From assembly GCA_963808385.1 (NCBI GenBank), contig CAWEFQ010000008.1, forward strand, positions 16,476 through 80,475: 64,000 nucleotides of DNA, written 5' to 3'. A program made the translations under genes and the position numbers. Positions 55,820 to 64,000 of the stretch are shown piece after piece (position 1 is the stretch's first letter; each line of letters begins with the position of its first letter). This DNA is from an uncultured Solirubrobacterales bacterium. GTDB taxonomy: Bacteria; Actinomycetota; Thermoleophilia; Solirubrobacterales; Solirubrobacteraceae. Below the pieces are notes generated by a model. That model had not been told where the DNA came from, ran no database searches, and saw only the letters and a list, made by a program, of their open reading frames with translations.

Positions 55820-56083
55820 CTACGTCAGCGCTCGCCGCAGATCCTCGGCGCCGATCCCATCGACGCGAACGACCTTCTCGCGGGAGCCGGCGCCACGCAC
55901 GATCGAGACACTGCGCACTCCCACGCCCGCGCGCTTGGCGATGACGCGACAGAGCGCCGCGTTCGCCTGCCCATCCACGGGTGGTGAGGTCACCCGCACC
56001 AGCAGCACGCCGTTACGCTCGCCGGCTATCTCATTCGCCCGGGCGCGTGGAGTCAGTCGCACCGCGATCTTGCAGCTCTCCAT
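55820..56083 (-). CDS. DUF167/YggU family protein
   Basis: VRLTPRA, VRVTSPPVDGQANAAL, IVRGAGSREK. Confidence 0.85.
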   Translation of the reverse strand: MESCKIAVRLTPRARANEIAGERNGVLLVRVTSPPVDGQANAALCRVIAKRAGVGVRSVSIVRGAGSREKVVRVDGIGAEDLRRALT

Positions 56084-56111
56084 GCCAGGATCATCCACCA
56101 CCGTGCCTGAG

Positions 56112-57281
56112 ATGAGCATCCCGCAAGCCGCCGCGCCGCCGCGAGCCGGTGTGTCGCTGCGCACCATCGCGCGGGAGTGGGGCCGGATCGGATGTATCGG
56201 GTTCGGCGGGCCGCCCGCGCACGTCGCGCTGTTTCGCGAGCTGTGCGTAACACGGCGGGAATGGCTGGAGGAGGATCAGTTCGAGCGCGCGATCGCCGCG
56301 AGCAACATCCTGCCCGGACCGGCCTCTACGCAGCTCGCGATCTACTGCGCCTGGCGACTGCGCGGCTCCAGGGGTGCGCTCATCGGGGGTCTTGGCTTCA
56401 TCCTGCCCGGCCTGATTCTGATCCTCGCGCTGTCTGTGCTGTTTCTCGCGGGCTCGCCCCCCGCGTGGATACGGGGCGCCGGGATGGGGGCCGGCGCCGC
56501 GGTCGCCGCCGTGGCGGTCAGGGCCGGACTGGGCGTCGCCGTCCCGATCTACAGACGCACGACAGACACCCAGCGGCCCCGCATCCTCGTCTACGCGCTC
56601 GCCGCAGGGATCGCGGCGGCCACGACCGGACCGTGGCTCGTGCTCGTCCTGCTGGGGTGCGGCGCGATCGAGCTGACATGGCAGCGTCAGCTCGCCGGAG
56701 GCGGTGTGGGCTTTCACGCCTGGCCGCTGCTTGCCGCGGTCGCAGAGCCCGGTGGGACGGGCGCGCTTATATGGATGGCGTTGAAGGTCGGCGCGCTCGC
56801 GTTCGGCGGCGGCTTCGTGATCGTTCCACTGATGCAATCGGACGCCGTGGGCGCCTACCACTGGATGACCCACGCACAGTTCCTGAACGCTGTCGCACTG
56901 GGACAGGTCACTCCGGGGCCGGTCACTCAGACCGTAGCGGCGGTCGGCTACTCCGCCGGCGGGCTGCCCGCCGGGCTGTTGGCGGCACTCGTCGCGTTCG
57001 CACCCTCGTTCGCTTTCATTCTGTTCGGCGCCGCACGATTCGAGCGGCTGCTGCTCAACGAGCGAGTGACGGCGTTTCTCGCCGGGGCGGCCCCCGCCGC
57101 GGCCGGGGCGATCATCGGCTCAGCCATCCCACTCGCCGCCGCGATGAGCGAGGCATGGCAGTACGTCGTGCTCGCCGCCGCGGCCATCGCGCTGCTGATC
57201 CTGCGCCGCAGCATCGTGCTGACCCTGCTCACGGCCGGCCTGGTGGGCGCCGTGGCTGGGCTGCTCGGTGCGAGGATCTAA
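56112..57281 (+). CDS. chrA: Chromate efflux transporter
   Basis: GFGGPPAH, LPGPASTQ, AFGGG, GQVTPGP; start 56082 or 56112. Confidence 0.92.
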   Translation: MSIPQAAAPPRAGVSLRTIAREWGRIGCIGFGGPPAHVALFRELCVTRREWLEEDQFERAIAASNILPGPASTQLAIYCAWRLRGSRGALIGGLGFILPGLILILALSVLFLAGSPPAWIRGAGMGAGAAVAAVAVRAGLGVAVPIYRRTTDTQRPRILVYALAAGIAAATTGPWLVLVLLGCGAIELTWQRQLAGGGVGFHAWPLLAAVAEPGGTGALIWMALKVGALAFGGGFVIVPLMQSDAVGAYHWMTHAQFLNAVALGQVTPGPVTQTVAAVGYSAGGLPAGLLAALVAFAPSFAFILFGAARFERLLLNERVTAFLAGAAPAAAGAIIGSAIPLAAAMSEAWQYVVLAAAAIALLILRRSIVLTLLTAGLVGAVAGLLGARI

Positions 57282-57421
57282 TTTGCAGCTTGACCCGGAG
57301 CGTCGCGGGTGCGCGCCGTCTGCTTGACTCAGGTTGGCCGAGTTTGTTCAGCAGGGCTTCGATACGGCTGTTGGGCACGGGTGCAGGGCCATCCTCATAC
57401 CACCGACGAAGGGCGAAGCAC

Positions 57422-58442
57422 ATGGATGCCGTCAACCATCAGGTCAGACTTGCCGCCCGTCCGGTCGGGCTGCCAAAGCCGAGCGACTGGTCATATGCCG
57501 AGGAGCCCGTCCCGGAGCCGGGCGAGGGCGAGGTGCTCGTCGAGATCCTGTACATCTCGCTCGATCCCGCGATGCGCGGCTGGATGAACGAGGGCCGCTC
57601 ATACATCGCGCCGGTGAGCATCGGCGATGTCATGCGCGCGCTGGCCGCCGGGCGGGTGGTCGCGTCCAACCATGCCGATCTGGCCGTCGGCGACCACGTC
57701 ACCGGGCTGCTCGGTGTGCAGGAGTACGCCGTCGCCGGCGGGCACGCCGTGATGAAGGTCGATCCGGGACTCGCGCCGCTGCCCGTGTATCTCGGCACGC
57801 TGGGAATGCCGGGCATGACCGCGTACTTCGGACTGCTCGACATCGGCCGCCCGGCCGAGGGCGAGACCGTCGTGGTGTCCGGCGCCGCCGGCGCCGTCGG
57901 CGGAGTGGTCGGCCAGATCGCCAAGCTGAAGGGCTGCCGCGTCGTCGGGATCGCGGGCGGGGCCGAGAAGTGCCGCTACGTGGTCGAGGATCTCGGGCTT
58001 CGACGCGGCCATCGACTACAAGTCCCAGGACGTCGCGGCCGGGCTGCGACGAGCACTGCCCGAAGGGGATCGACGTGTACTTCGACAACGTCGGCGGCGA
58101 GATCCTCGACGCCGCGCTGGCGCGCCTGGCCCGGTATGCCCGCGTCGTGATCTGCGGCGCGATCTCCCAGTACAACGCGACCGGCGCGATGACGAGGCCC
58201 GTCCAACTACATGTCGCTGCTGGTCAACCACGCTTCCATGACCGGGTTCGTGGTCTCAGACTACGGCGATCGCTACGCCGAGGGAGTCCGCGAGATGGCC
58301 GGCTGGCTGTCGGCGGGCAAGCTCAAGACCGCGCGAGGACATCGCCGATGGTGGCATCGAGAGGTTTCCCGAAACCCTGCTGCGCCTGTTCGAGGGCAAG
58401 AACACGGGCAAGCTCGTGCTCAAGGTCGCCGAGGAGGATTGA
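57422..58442 (+). CDS. NADP-dependent oxidoreductase (CurA/YncB/PTGR family); several frameshifts 58000-58340
   Basis: ISLDPAMRGWM, LGMPGMTAYFGL, VSGAAGAVG, GIDVYFDNVGG, CGAISQYN, NTGKLVLKV across frames. Confidence 0.88.
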
Positions 58443-58455
58443 GGGCGACGAGGGC

Positions 58456-59571
58456 TCAGGATTGCGAGTGCTCGGCCGACAGCTTGCGAGCAGCGAACGC
58501 GAGCATGTATTCGAGGTGTGCTTCGAGCGTCGCAAAGCTGTGTTCCCCGGGATAGACGGCGCTGTGCGCGTCGGCTCCGTCGGCCCGCAGGGAGGCGGCA
58601 AACGGGGCGTTCTCGGAAGGGTCGGCGATGACGTCGTTCGTGCCTCCGTACACGTACGCGCGCAGGCCCAGCTTCCAGATCAGCGGGCGGTCGGCGCGCA
58701 GCTGGCCTTCCAGGCCGTTGAAGAACCCGAGCCAGCTCTCGACCGCCGAGAATTGATGCGGGTGAGTCAGCGCGATGTGCATCGCGCCATACCCGCCCAT
58801 CGAGTAGCCGGCGATCGCGCGGGCGCCGCGCTCAGGGATGCTCGGCAGCATCCGGTCGACGAGGTGCTGCACTTCGAGCACGTACGCTTCATAGCGCGTG
58901 GCGCCCTGGTTCAGCCAGTTGTTCGATCCCGGCCCACCCTGGATCATGACCGCGATCACCGGCGCGATCGTGTGCTGGGCGATCAGCCGGTCAAGCGTGC
59001 CCTGCACGCCGATCTGCAGGAACGAGGTGTCGGTCTGATCGTCGCCGTGCAGCAGGTAGATGACCGGGTAGTGCGCATTCGTGCTCGAGTAGCTCGGCGG
59101 CAGGTAGATCAGGAACGAGCCTTCGCCTCCCAGCGCCGGTGAGGCGTAGCTGCTCGAGTCGATCGCGCTTCCAGCCGCGTCATGGCTCACTGGAACGACG
59201 CTCGGCAGCGGCTGGGGCTGTGGCGATGTCGCGATCGAGCGTTCCAGTGAGACCTCCGCGGCGGACCGGTACGACACGGTCTGGATGCCGGTGAGGCGTT
59301 CCAGGTTGGCGCGGCCGTCCAGCGCCAGCCCGACGCACACAGCCGCCAGTGCGGCCAGGAGCAGGCTCGCGCCGTACCGTCGCGCGAGTCCGCGCTGTCC
59401 CGAACCGCGGAGCGTCCCTCCGATCGCCGGCTCGGCGCGGCGAGGCATCGCGGGAACCCATGGCGGCGGCGCCAGCTCCACCGCCGCTTCGCCCCCGCCC
59501 GTGCCGGGCCAGGCCCAGTCGCCGGGGCCGTCGAGCCACACATGTGCGCGCGATGCCTTCACGTCGTGCAT
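58456..59571 (-). CDS. Membrane-anchored esterase (alpha/beta hydrolase)
   Basis: TM helix; IYLPPSY, YPVIYLLHG, IAGYSMGGYGA, PGEH. Confidence 0.88.
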   Translation of the reverse strand: MHDVKASRAHVWLDGPGDWAWPGTGGGEAAVELAPPPWVPAMPRRAEPAIGGTLRGSGQRGLARRYGASLLLAALAAVCVGLALDGRANLERLTGIQTVSYRSAAEVSLERSIATSPQPQPLPSVVPVSHDAAGSAIDSSSYASPALGGEGSFLIYLPPSYSSTNAHYPVIYLLHGDDQTDTSFLQIGVQGTLDRLIAQHTIAPVIAVMIQGGPGSNNWLNQGATRYEAYVLEVQHLVDRMLPSIPERGARAIAGYSMGGYGAMHIALTHPHQFSAVESWLGFFNGLEGQLRADRPLIWKLGLRAYVYGGTNDVIADPSENAPFAASLRADGADAHSAVYPGEHSFATLEAHLEYMLAFAARKLSAEHSQS

Positions 59572-59696
59572 TGAACGGCGCGTGAGCGCCGATGCCAAGT
59601 CCTGCACGAACGCTCCCAACCCGCCGGCCCCTGCGCCCGCGGGTCCCGACGCGCGATCGGCAGGCGTCCCTCCTCCCCACGTCGACCCGCGCGGTG

Positions 59697-60368
59697 TCAG
59701 CGCGTGCTCCACACCTCGCCGACGTCGCCGAACGCAAGCGCCTGCTTGGTCGCTTCGGTGAGGTCGAATTCGCGACCGGCCACGTACGGGCCGCGGTCGA
59801 TCACCCGCACCTGTACTGTGCGATCCCCGTAGCGCAGCGTGAGGAGCGTGCCGCACGGCAGGGTCTTGCTCGCGACGCCCATCGTCGTGCTCGTCAGCTC
59901 GCCGCCGCACGCCAGACCGCCGCCGCCTCCATACCAGGACACCTCCGCCAGGCGGTACACGTTCAGGCGCCCGAGCGAGCGGCGCGCGCCCAGATCTGTG
60001 GCGTCGCCGGCGAAGCGCAGCCGCACGCGCTCGCTGCCTGTGCGGCGCGGGACGTAGCGCAGGCGAAAGCGCCCGCCGCGCCCGGTGCGGGTGCTCGCGA
60101 GCGTGCTCCAGTCGCGCGCGCCAAGCGCCTGCAGCGCCACCACCTGGCCGGACAGGCCCGGCTTCAGCGTGCCGTCGATCGTGCTCGTGTGGCCTGCCAG
60201 CATGTTCAGCTCGGGCCGGCGAACCGCGAACGAGGCATGCGCGGGCGGCGCCCCCAGTCCCGCCAGCCCGCCGATGATGCCGGGCACGGATCCCCCCGTT
60301 GTGATCTCGATTGCGGCGAGGGGTGTTGCGGGCGCAGCAGGCTGCGCGGACGTCGCAGGGACGTACAT
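59697..60368 (-). CDS. RlpA-like double-psi beta-barrel cell-wall protein
   Basis: SWYG..LACG, GVASKTLPCGT, VIDRGPY..REFDL; SD AAGGAGG. Confidence 0.88.
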   Translation of the reverse strand: MYVPATSAQPAAPATPLAAIEITTGGSVPGIIGGLAGLGAPPAHASFAVRRPELNMLAGHTSTIDGTLKPGLSGQVVALQALGARDWSTLASTRTGRGGRFRLRYVPRRTGSERVRLRFAGDATDLGARRSLGRLNVYRLAEVSWYGGGGGLACGGELTSTTMGVASKTLPCGTLLTLRYGDRTVQVRVIDRGPYVAGREFDLTEATKQALAFGDVGEVWSTR

Positions 60369-60390
60369 CGAGGGAGAACCTCCTTGGTGT

Positions 60391-60567
60391 CCGCCTACGG
60401 GGTTAGCTGTCGGGCTCACGAGCGGCGTTTGCGCGAACCAGACGCGCGTCAGCCGGGCGTTACAGCCGCATCAGCGGCCGATTCGCCCCATCCGGCTCAG
60501 CCTCATCTCAGGCGAGCCGGCAGTGGGTCCCCCGCTCGCATCCATCCACGGACGCGACTCGGCAGGT
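60391..60567 (-). ncRNA. Cyclic di-AMP (ydaO/yuaA) riboswitch
   Basis: Minus strand reads GCCGAGUC...GGGGGACCCA...GGGGCGAAUC...GAGCCCGACAGCUAACCCCGUAGGC upstream of a cell-wall gene. Confidence 0.92.
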
Positions 60568-60604
60568 CGAACGTCGTACGAGGCTAGCGGCATTCAGAAC
60601 CCGC

Positions 60605-60628
60605 CTTGTGTGTTGTGCATCACACAAG
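60605..60628. promoter_or_regulatory. CRP/GlxR-like site within a longer palindrome
   Basis: CTTGTGTG-N8-CACACAAG; core TGTGT-N6-TCACA (9/10 to TGTGA-N6-TCACA). Confidence 0.6.
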
Positions 60629-60710
60629 ACAACACGGGAATGTTCCCCTCAAACCGGGCATCCCCCACCCCACATTGACGCGAAGGCCCCAACCAGCCAC
60701 AATCAAACCA

Positions 60711-62261
60711 GTGTCCAACCCCGACCGCCTGTCCGCCCTCGATACCGCGTTCCTGCACCTGGAGGACGACTCGACCGCGCACATGCATGTCGCGTCGGTG
60801 ATGGTGTTCGAGGGCGTCGCGCCCACGCCCAAGGAGCTGACCGATCACGTGCTCAGCCGCCTGCACCTGGTGCCTCGTTACCGCCAGCGGCTGGCGTATG
60901 TGCCGCTCGACCAGGGAAGGCCGCTGTGGGCCGACGATCCGCACTTCAACCCGCGCTATCACATCCGCCACACCGCCCTGCCGCGCCCCGCGGACGAGGC
61001 CGCGCTCAAGCACCTGGCGGGGCGGCTGTTCTCCCAGCGCCTGGACAGATCCAAGCCGCTGTGGGAGATCTGGCTCGTGCAGCGCATGGCCGGTGGGAGG
61101 TTTGCGCTGATTGCCAAGACCCATCACGCGCTCGTGGACGGGATCTCCGGCGTGGACATCACGACCGTCCTGTTCGACACCTCGCCCGAGCCGGCGGGCA
61201 CGTCAAGGTCTCCGGTGCCGTGGACGGCCAGGCCTCTGCCCGGCTACGCCAAGCTGCTCGGCGAGGCGCTGCTCGAGCGCGCGACCGTGCCCGCCGAGAT
61301 GGGCCGCGGCGCGCGCGCGCTGCTGCGTGCCCCGCGCAAGGTCGCCACGCAGGTCAAGGACAGCATCGTGAGCGTCGGCGCTACCACGCTCGCCGGCATC
61401 AGCGCGCCGGCGCCGCCGAGCCCGTTCAACGTCGACATCGGCCCGCATCGCCGCTACACCTGGGTGGACGCCGAGCTGTCCCTGTTCAAGGCGGTCAAGG
61501 ACTCGCTCGGGGGCACCCTCAACGACGTCGTGCTTGCATCCGTCAGCCTCGCCCTCGGGCGCTACCTGCGCGGGCAGGGGCAGGACACCGGGGGACTCGT
61601 GCTGAAGGCGATGGTGCCCGTGTCCGTCCGCGCCGACTCCCAGCGCGGCGCGCTCGGCAACCAGGTCGCCGCGATGTGGGCGCCCCTGCCGGTCGGCGTC
61701 GAGAACCCGGCCGACTGCCTGGCGCAGATCAGCCTCGCGATGGAGGATCTCAAGCATTCCGGCCAGGCAGTCGGGGCGCAGGTCCTGACGAACCTGGCCG
61801 GCTTCGCGCCGCCCACGATCCTCAGCCAGGCCGCGCGATTGCAGGCCCGCCAGCGCTATTTCAACCTGGTCGTCACGAACGTCCCCGGCCCCCAGTTCCC
61901 GCTGTATCTGCTCGGCCGCCGGCTGCGCCGGCTGTATCCGGTCGTGCCGCTGGCACGCCGCCAGGCGCTGGGGATCGCCGTCATGAGCTATGACGGGCGG
62001 CTCGGGTTCGGACTGCTCTCCGACTACGACGCGGTGCCCGAGCTGGAGGCGATCGCAGACGCCCTGCGCTGGGCGATCGCATCGCTGGCCCGGGCCGCGG
62101 GGGTGCAGCCGCTCCGCAAGCGGGCGGCCCAGAAGTCCGGCGGCGCACGCGGGGCCGCCGCGAGGAACGGATCCTCCGCGCCCGGCAAGCGTGCCGCCGG
62201 CCACGCGGGCGCAGGCAGAGCCGCGCCACCGCCGCCGCGCAAGCCCGCCAAGCGGAGCTGA
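60711..62261 (+). CDS. Wax ester synthase/diacylglycerol acyltransferase (WS/DGAT)
   Basis: RLSALD..FL, LDRSKPLWE, HHALVDG catalytic motif, TNVPGP. Confidence 0.95.
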   Translation: MSNPDRLSALDTAFLHLEDDSTAHMHVASVMVFEGVAPTPKELTDHVLSRLHLVPRYRQRLAYVPLDQGRPLWADDPHFNPRYHIRHTALPRPADEAALKHLAGRLFSQRLDRSKPLWEIWLVQRMAGGRFALIAKTHHALVDGISGVDITTVLFDTSPEPAGTSRSPVPWTARPLPGYAKLLGEALLERATVPAEMGRGARALLRAPRKVATQVKDSIVSVGATTLAGISAPAPPSPFNVDIGPHRRYTWVDAELSLFKAVKDSLGGTLNDVVLASVSLALGRYLRGQGQDTGGLVLKAMVPVSVRADSQRGALGNQVAAMWAPLPVGVENPADCLAQISLAMEDLKHSGQAVGAQVLTNLAGFAPPTILSQAARLQARQRYFNLVVTNVPGPQFPLYLLGRRLRRLYPVVPLARRQALGIAVMSYDGRLGFGLLSDYDAVPELEAIADALRWAIASLARAAGVQPLRKRAAQKSGGARGAAARNGSSAPGKRAAGHAGAGRAAPPPPRKPAKRS

Positions 62262-62279
62262 CGGAGAGCCCGCTCCACG

Positions 62280-64000
62280 ATGCGCCTGGCGCTCTGCCAG
62301 ATCGACGCCACGGTCGGCGACATCGCCGCCAACGCCGATCGCATCCTCGCCGCGCTGGCATCCGCCCGCGAGATCGGCGCGGAGCTCGTGCTGACACCCG
62401 AGCTCGTCCTGACCGGCTACCCGCCCGAGGATCTGCTGCTGCGCGAGCACTTCCTCACCGACGCCCGCGCCGCCCTGCGGGAGCTGGCCCGGGAGGTCAC
62501 CGGCACGACCGCGATCGTCGGGTTCCCCGAGCTGGCGGACGATCGCGTGTACAACGCCGCGGCGGTGCTCGCGGATGGCGCCGTCCGGTCGATCTACCGC
62601 AAGCTGCATCTCCCCAACTACGGCGTGTTTGACGAGCGGCGCTACTTCACCGCCGGCTCCTCGGGAGCGACGATCGAGGTCGCCGGGCACCGCATCGGCC
62701 TGACCGTGTGCGAGGACCTGTGGCGGCCCGGGCCGCCGGCGACCGAGGAGGCGGCGGCGGGCGCGAGCGTGCTGATCAACATCTCCGCCTCGCCCTACCA
62801 CGCGGGCAAGGGCAGCGAGCGCGAGCAGCTGTTCGCTGCTCGCGCTCGCGAGTCGGGCGCCTATGTCGCGTTCTGCGCGCTCGTTGGCGGTCAGGATGAG
62901 CTGGTGTTCGATGGTCACTCCTTCGTCCTGGACCCGGCCGGCGCGACGATCGCCCGCGCGCGACAGTTCTGCGAGGACATGCTCGTCTGCGATCTCGATC
63001 TCCCGCCGGTGCGCGATACCTCGCCCGACAGACCCGTCGAGAGGGGGACCGAGCCCGGGGAGATCCCGACTGGACCCCAACACATACCCGCCTCCACGGC
63101 AGTTCTGGGCCCTGAGTGCGGCCGCCTGCACAAGACCATCGCGCCGATCGAGGCCGAGGTCTACGCGGCGCTGCGGCTGGGCCTGCGCGACTACGTCGAG
63201 AAGAACGGCTTCTCCTCGGTCGTGCTCGGGCTGTCCGGCGGGATCGACTCCGCGCTCGTTGCCTGCCTGGCGGCGGACGCCCTCGGCGCCGAGCGCGTCA
63301 ACGTCGCGATCATGCCCTCGCCCTACTCCTCGCAGGCCACTCAATCCGACGCGCATGCGCTCGCCGGTGCGCTCGGCGTGCGCGCCCACGAGCTGGCGAT
63401 CGAGGCGATCATGGACTCCTACACGCATACCCTGCGCGCGGATTTCGAGGGGTTGCCCGAAGACCTGACCGAGGAGAACCTGCAGGCGCGCATCCGCGGA
63501 AATCTGCTGATGGCGCTGTCGAACAAGTTTGGCTGGCTCGTGCTGACGACCGGCAACAAGTCGGAGATGTCGGTCGGGTACACGACGCTGTACGGGGATC
63601 TGGCGGGCGGGTTCGCGGTCATCAAGGACGTGCCGAAGACGCTCGTGTACCGCCTGTGCGAGTGGCGCAACTCGCCGGCCGGGGCGTCTGCGCCGGCAGC
63701 CGAGCCCGCCCCGTCACACGCACCCGCGCATGCCCCGATCCCCGCGTCGATCGTCGAGCGCGCCCCCAGCGCCGAGCTCCGCCACGACCAGCGCGACGAG
63801 GACTCGCTGCCGCCGTATGAGCTGCTCGACCGCATTCTGCACGGCTACATCGAGCTGGACCGCAGCCGCAAGCAGCTGCTCGCCGACGGCCTGCCAGAGC
63901 GTGACGTCGACCGCACGATCCGGCTCGTGGACCTCGCCGAGTACAAGCGCCGTCAGGCGCCTCCCGGCATCAAGGTGACCACGCGCGCGTTCGGCCGCGA
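62280..64000 (+). CDS. nadE: Glutamine-dependent NAD+ synthetase (3'-truncated by window edge)
   Basis: Hand translation: PELVLTGYPPEDLL, LPNYGVFDERRYF, CED, GLSGGIDSAL, ENLQARIRG, TGNKSE, EYKRRQA. Confidence 0.95.
   Translation, partial: MRLALCQIDATVGDIAANADRILAALASAREIGAELVLTPELVLTGYPPEDLLLREHFLTDARAALRELAREVTGTTAIVGFPELADDRVYNAAAVLADGAVRSIYRKLHLPNYGVFDERRYFTAGSSGATIEVAGHRIGLTVCEDLWRPGPPATEEAAAGASVLINISASPYHAGKGSEREQLFAARARESGAYVAFCALVGGQDELVFDGHSFVLDPAGATIARARQFCEDMLVCDLDLPPVRDTSPDRPVERGTEPGEIPTGPQHIPASTAVLGPECGRLHKTIAPIEAEVYAALRLGLRDYVEKNGFSSVVLGLSGGIDSALVACLAADALGAERVNVAIMPSPYSSQATQSDAHALAGALGVRAHELAIEAIMDSYTHTLRADFEGLPEDLTEENLQARIRGNLLMALSNKFGWLVLTTGNKSEMSVGYTTLYGDLAGGFAVIKDVPKTLVYRLCEWRNSPAGASAPAAEPAPSHAPAHAPIPASIVERAPSAELRHDQRDEDSLPPYELLDRILHGYIELDRSRKQLLADGLPERDVDRTIRLVDLAEYKRRQAPPGIKVTTRAFGR

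Noticed and set aside
56177-58150. 657-aa ORF as a large fusion protein
   Set aside because: An off-frame run through chrA joined to the real oxidoreductase start at 57422

Overview
A high-GC actinobacterial chromosome segment; gene content suggests Thermoleophilia/Solirubrobacterales (inference). 1-9 kb is a patchy accessory region: gene fragments, OsmC and peroxiredoxin, a RES-Xre toxin-antitoxin pair with an unusually long antitoxin, a triple-palindrome array, a 192-bp MITE-like element with a TTA duplication, and an AAA-DUF4143 ATPase. 8.8-16 kb is an Rv0081-like ArsR gene plus an Ehr/Hyc-type membrane complex whose large subunit keeps both [NiFe] CxxC motifs. 16-35 kb is mostly housekeeping: a sigma70 factor behind a perfect TTGACA-N17-TATAAT promoter, LCP, DtxR-Nramp, a CcdA/His-rich transporter fusion, dinB, and hemY preceded by an unannotated 56-aa ferrochelatase-like micro-ORF. 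35-55 kb is a lipid/ketone cluster: MmpL with heptad repeats, radical SAM, methyltransferase, two paralogous acetoacetate-decarboxylase-superfamily genes bracketing an acetone-carboxylase-like enzyme with fused alpha and gamma subunits plus TetR, and acyl-CoA dehydrogenases. This cluster is the best candidate for an undescribed system. 55-64 kb holds chrA, a frameshifted oxidoreductase, an esterase, an RlpA-like gene under a c-di-AMP riboswitch, WS/DGAT and a partial nadE. About ten single-base frameshifts suggest long-read consensus errors. No rRNA, tRNA or CRISPR array was seen. All family calls come from motif recognition by eye; no database search was run.
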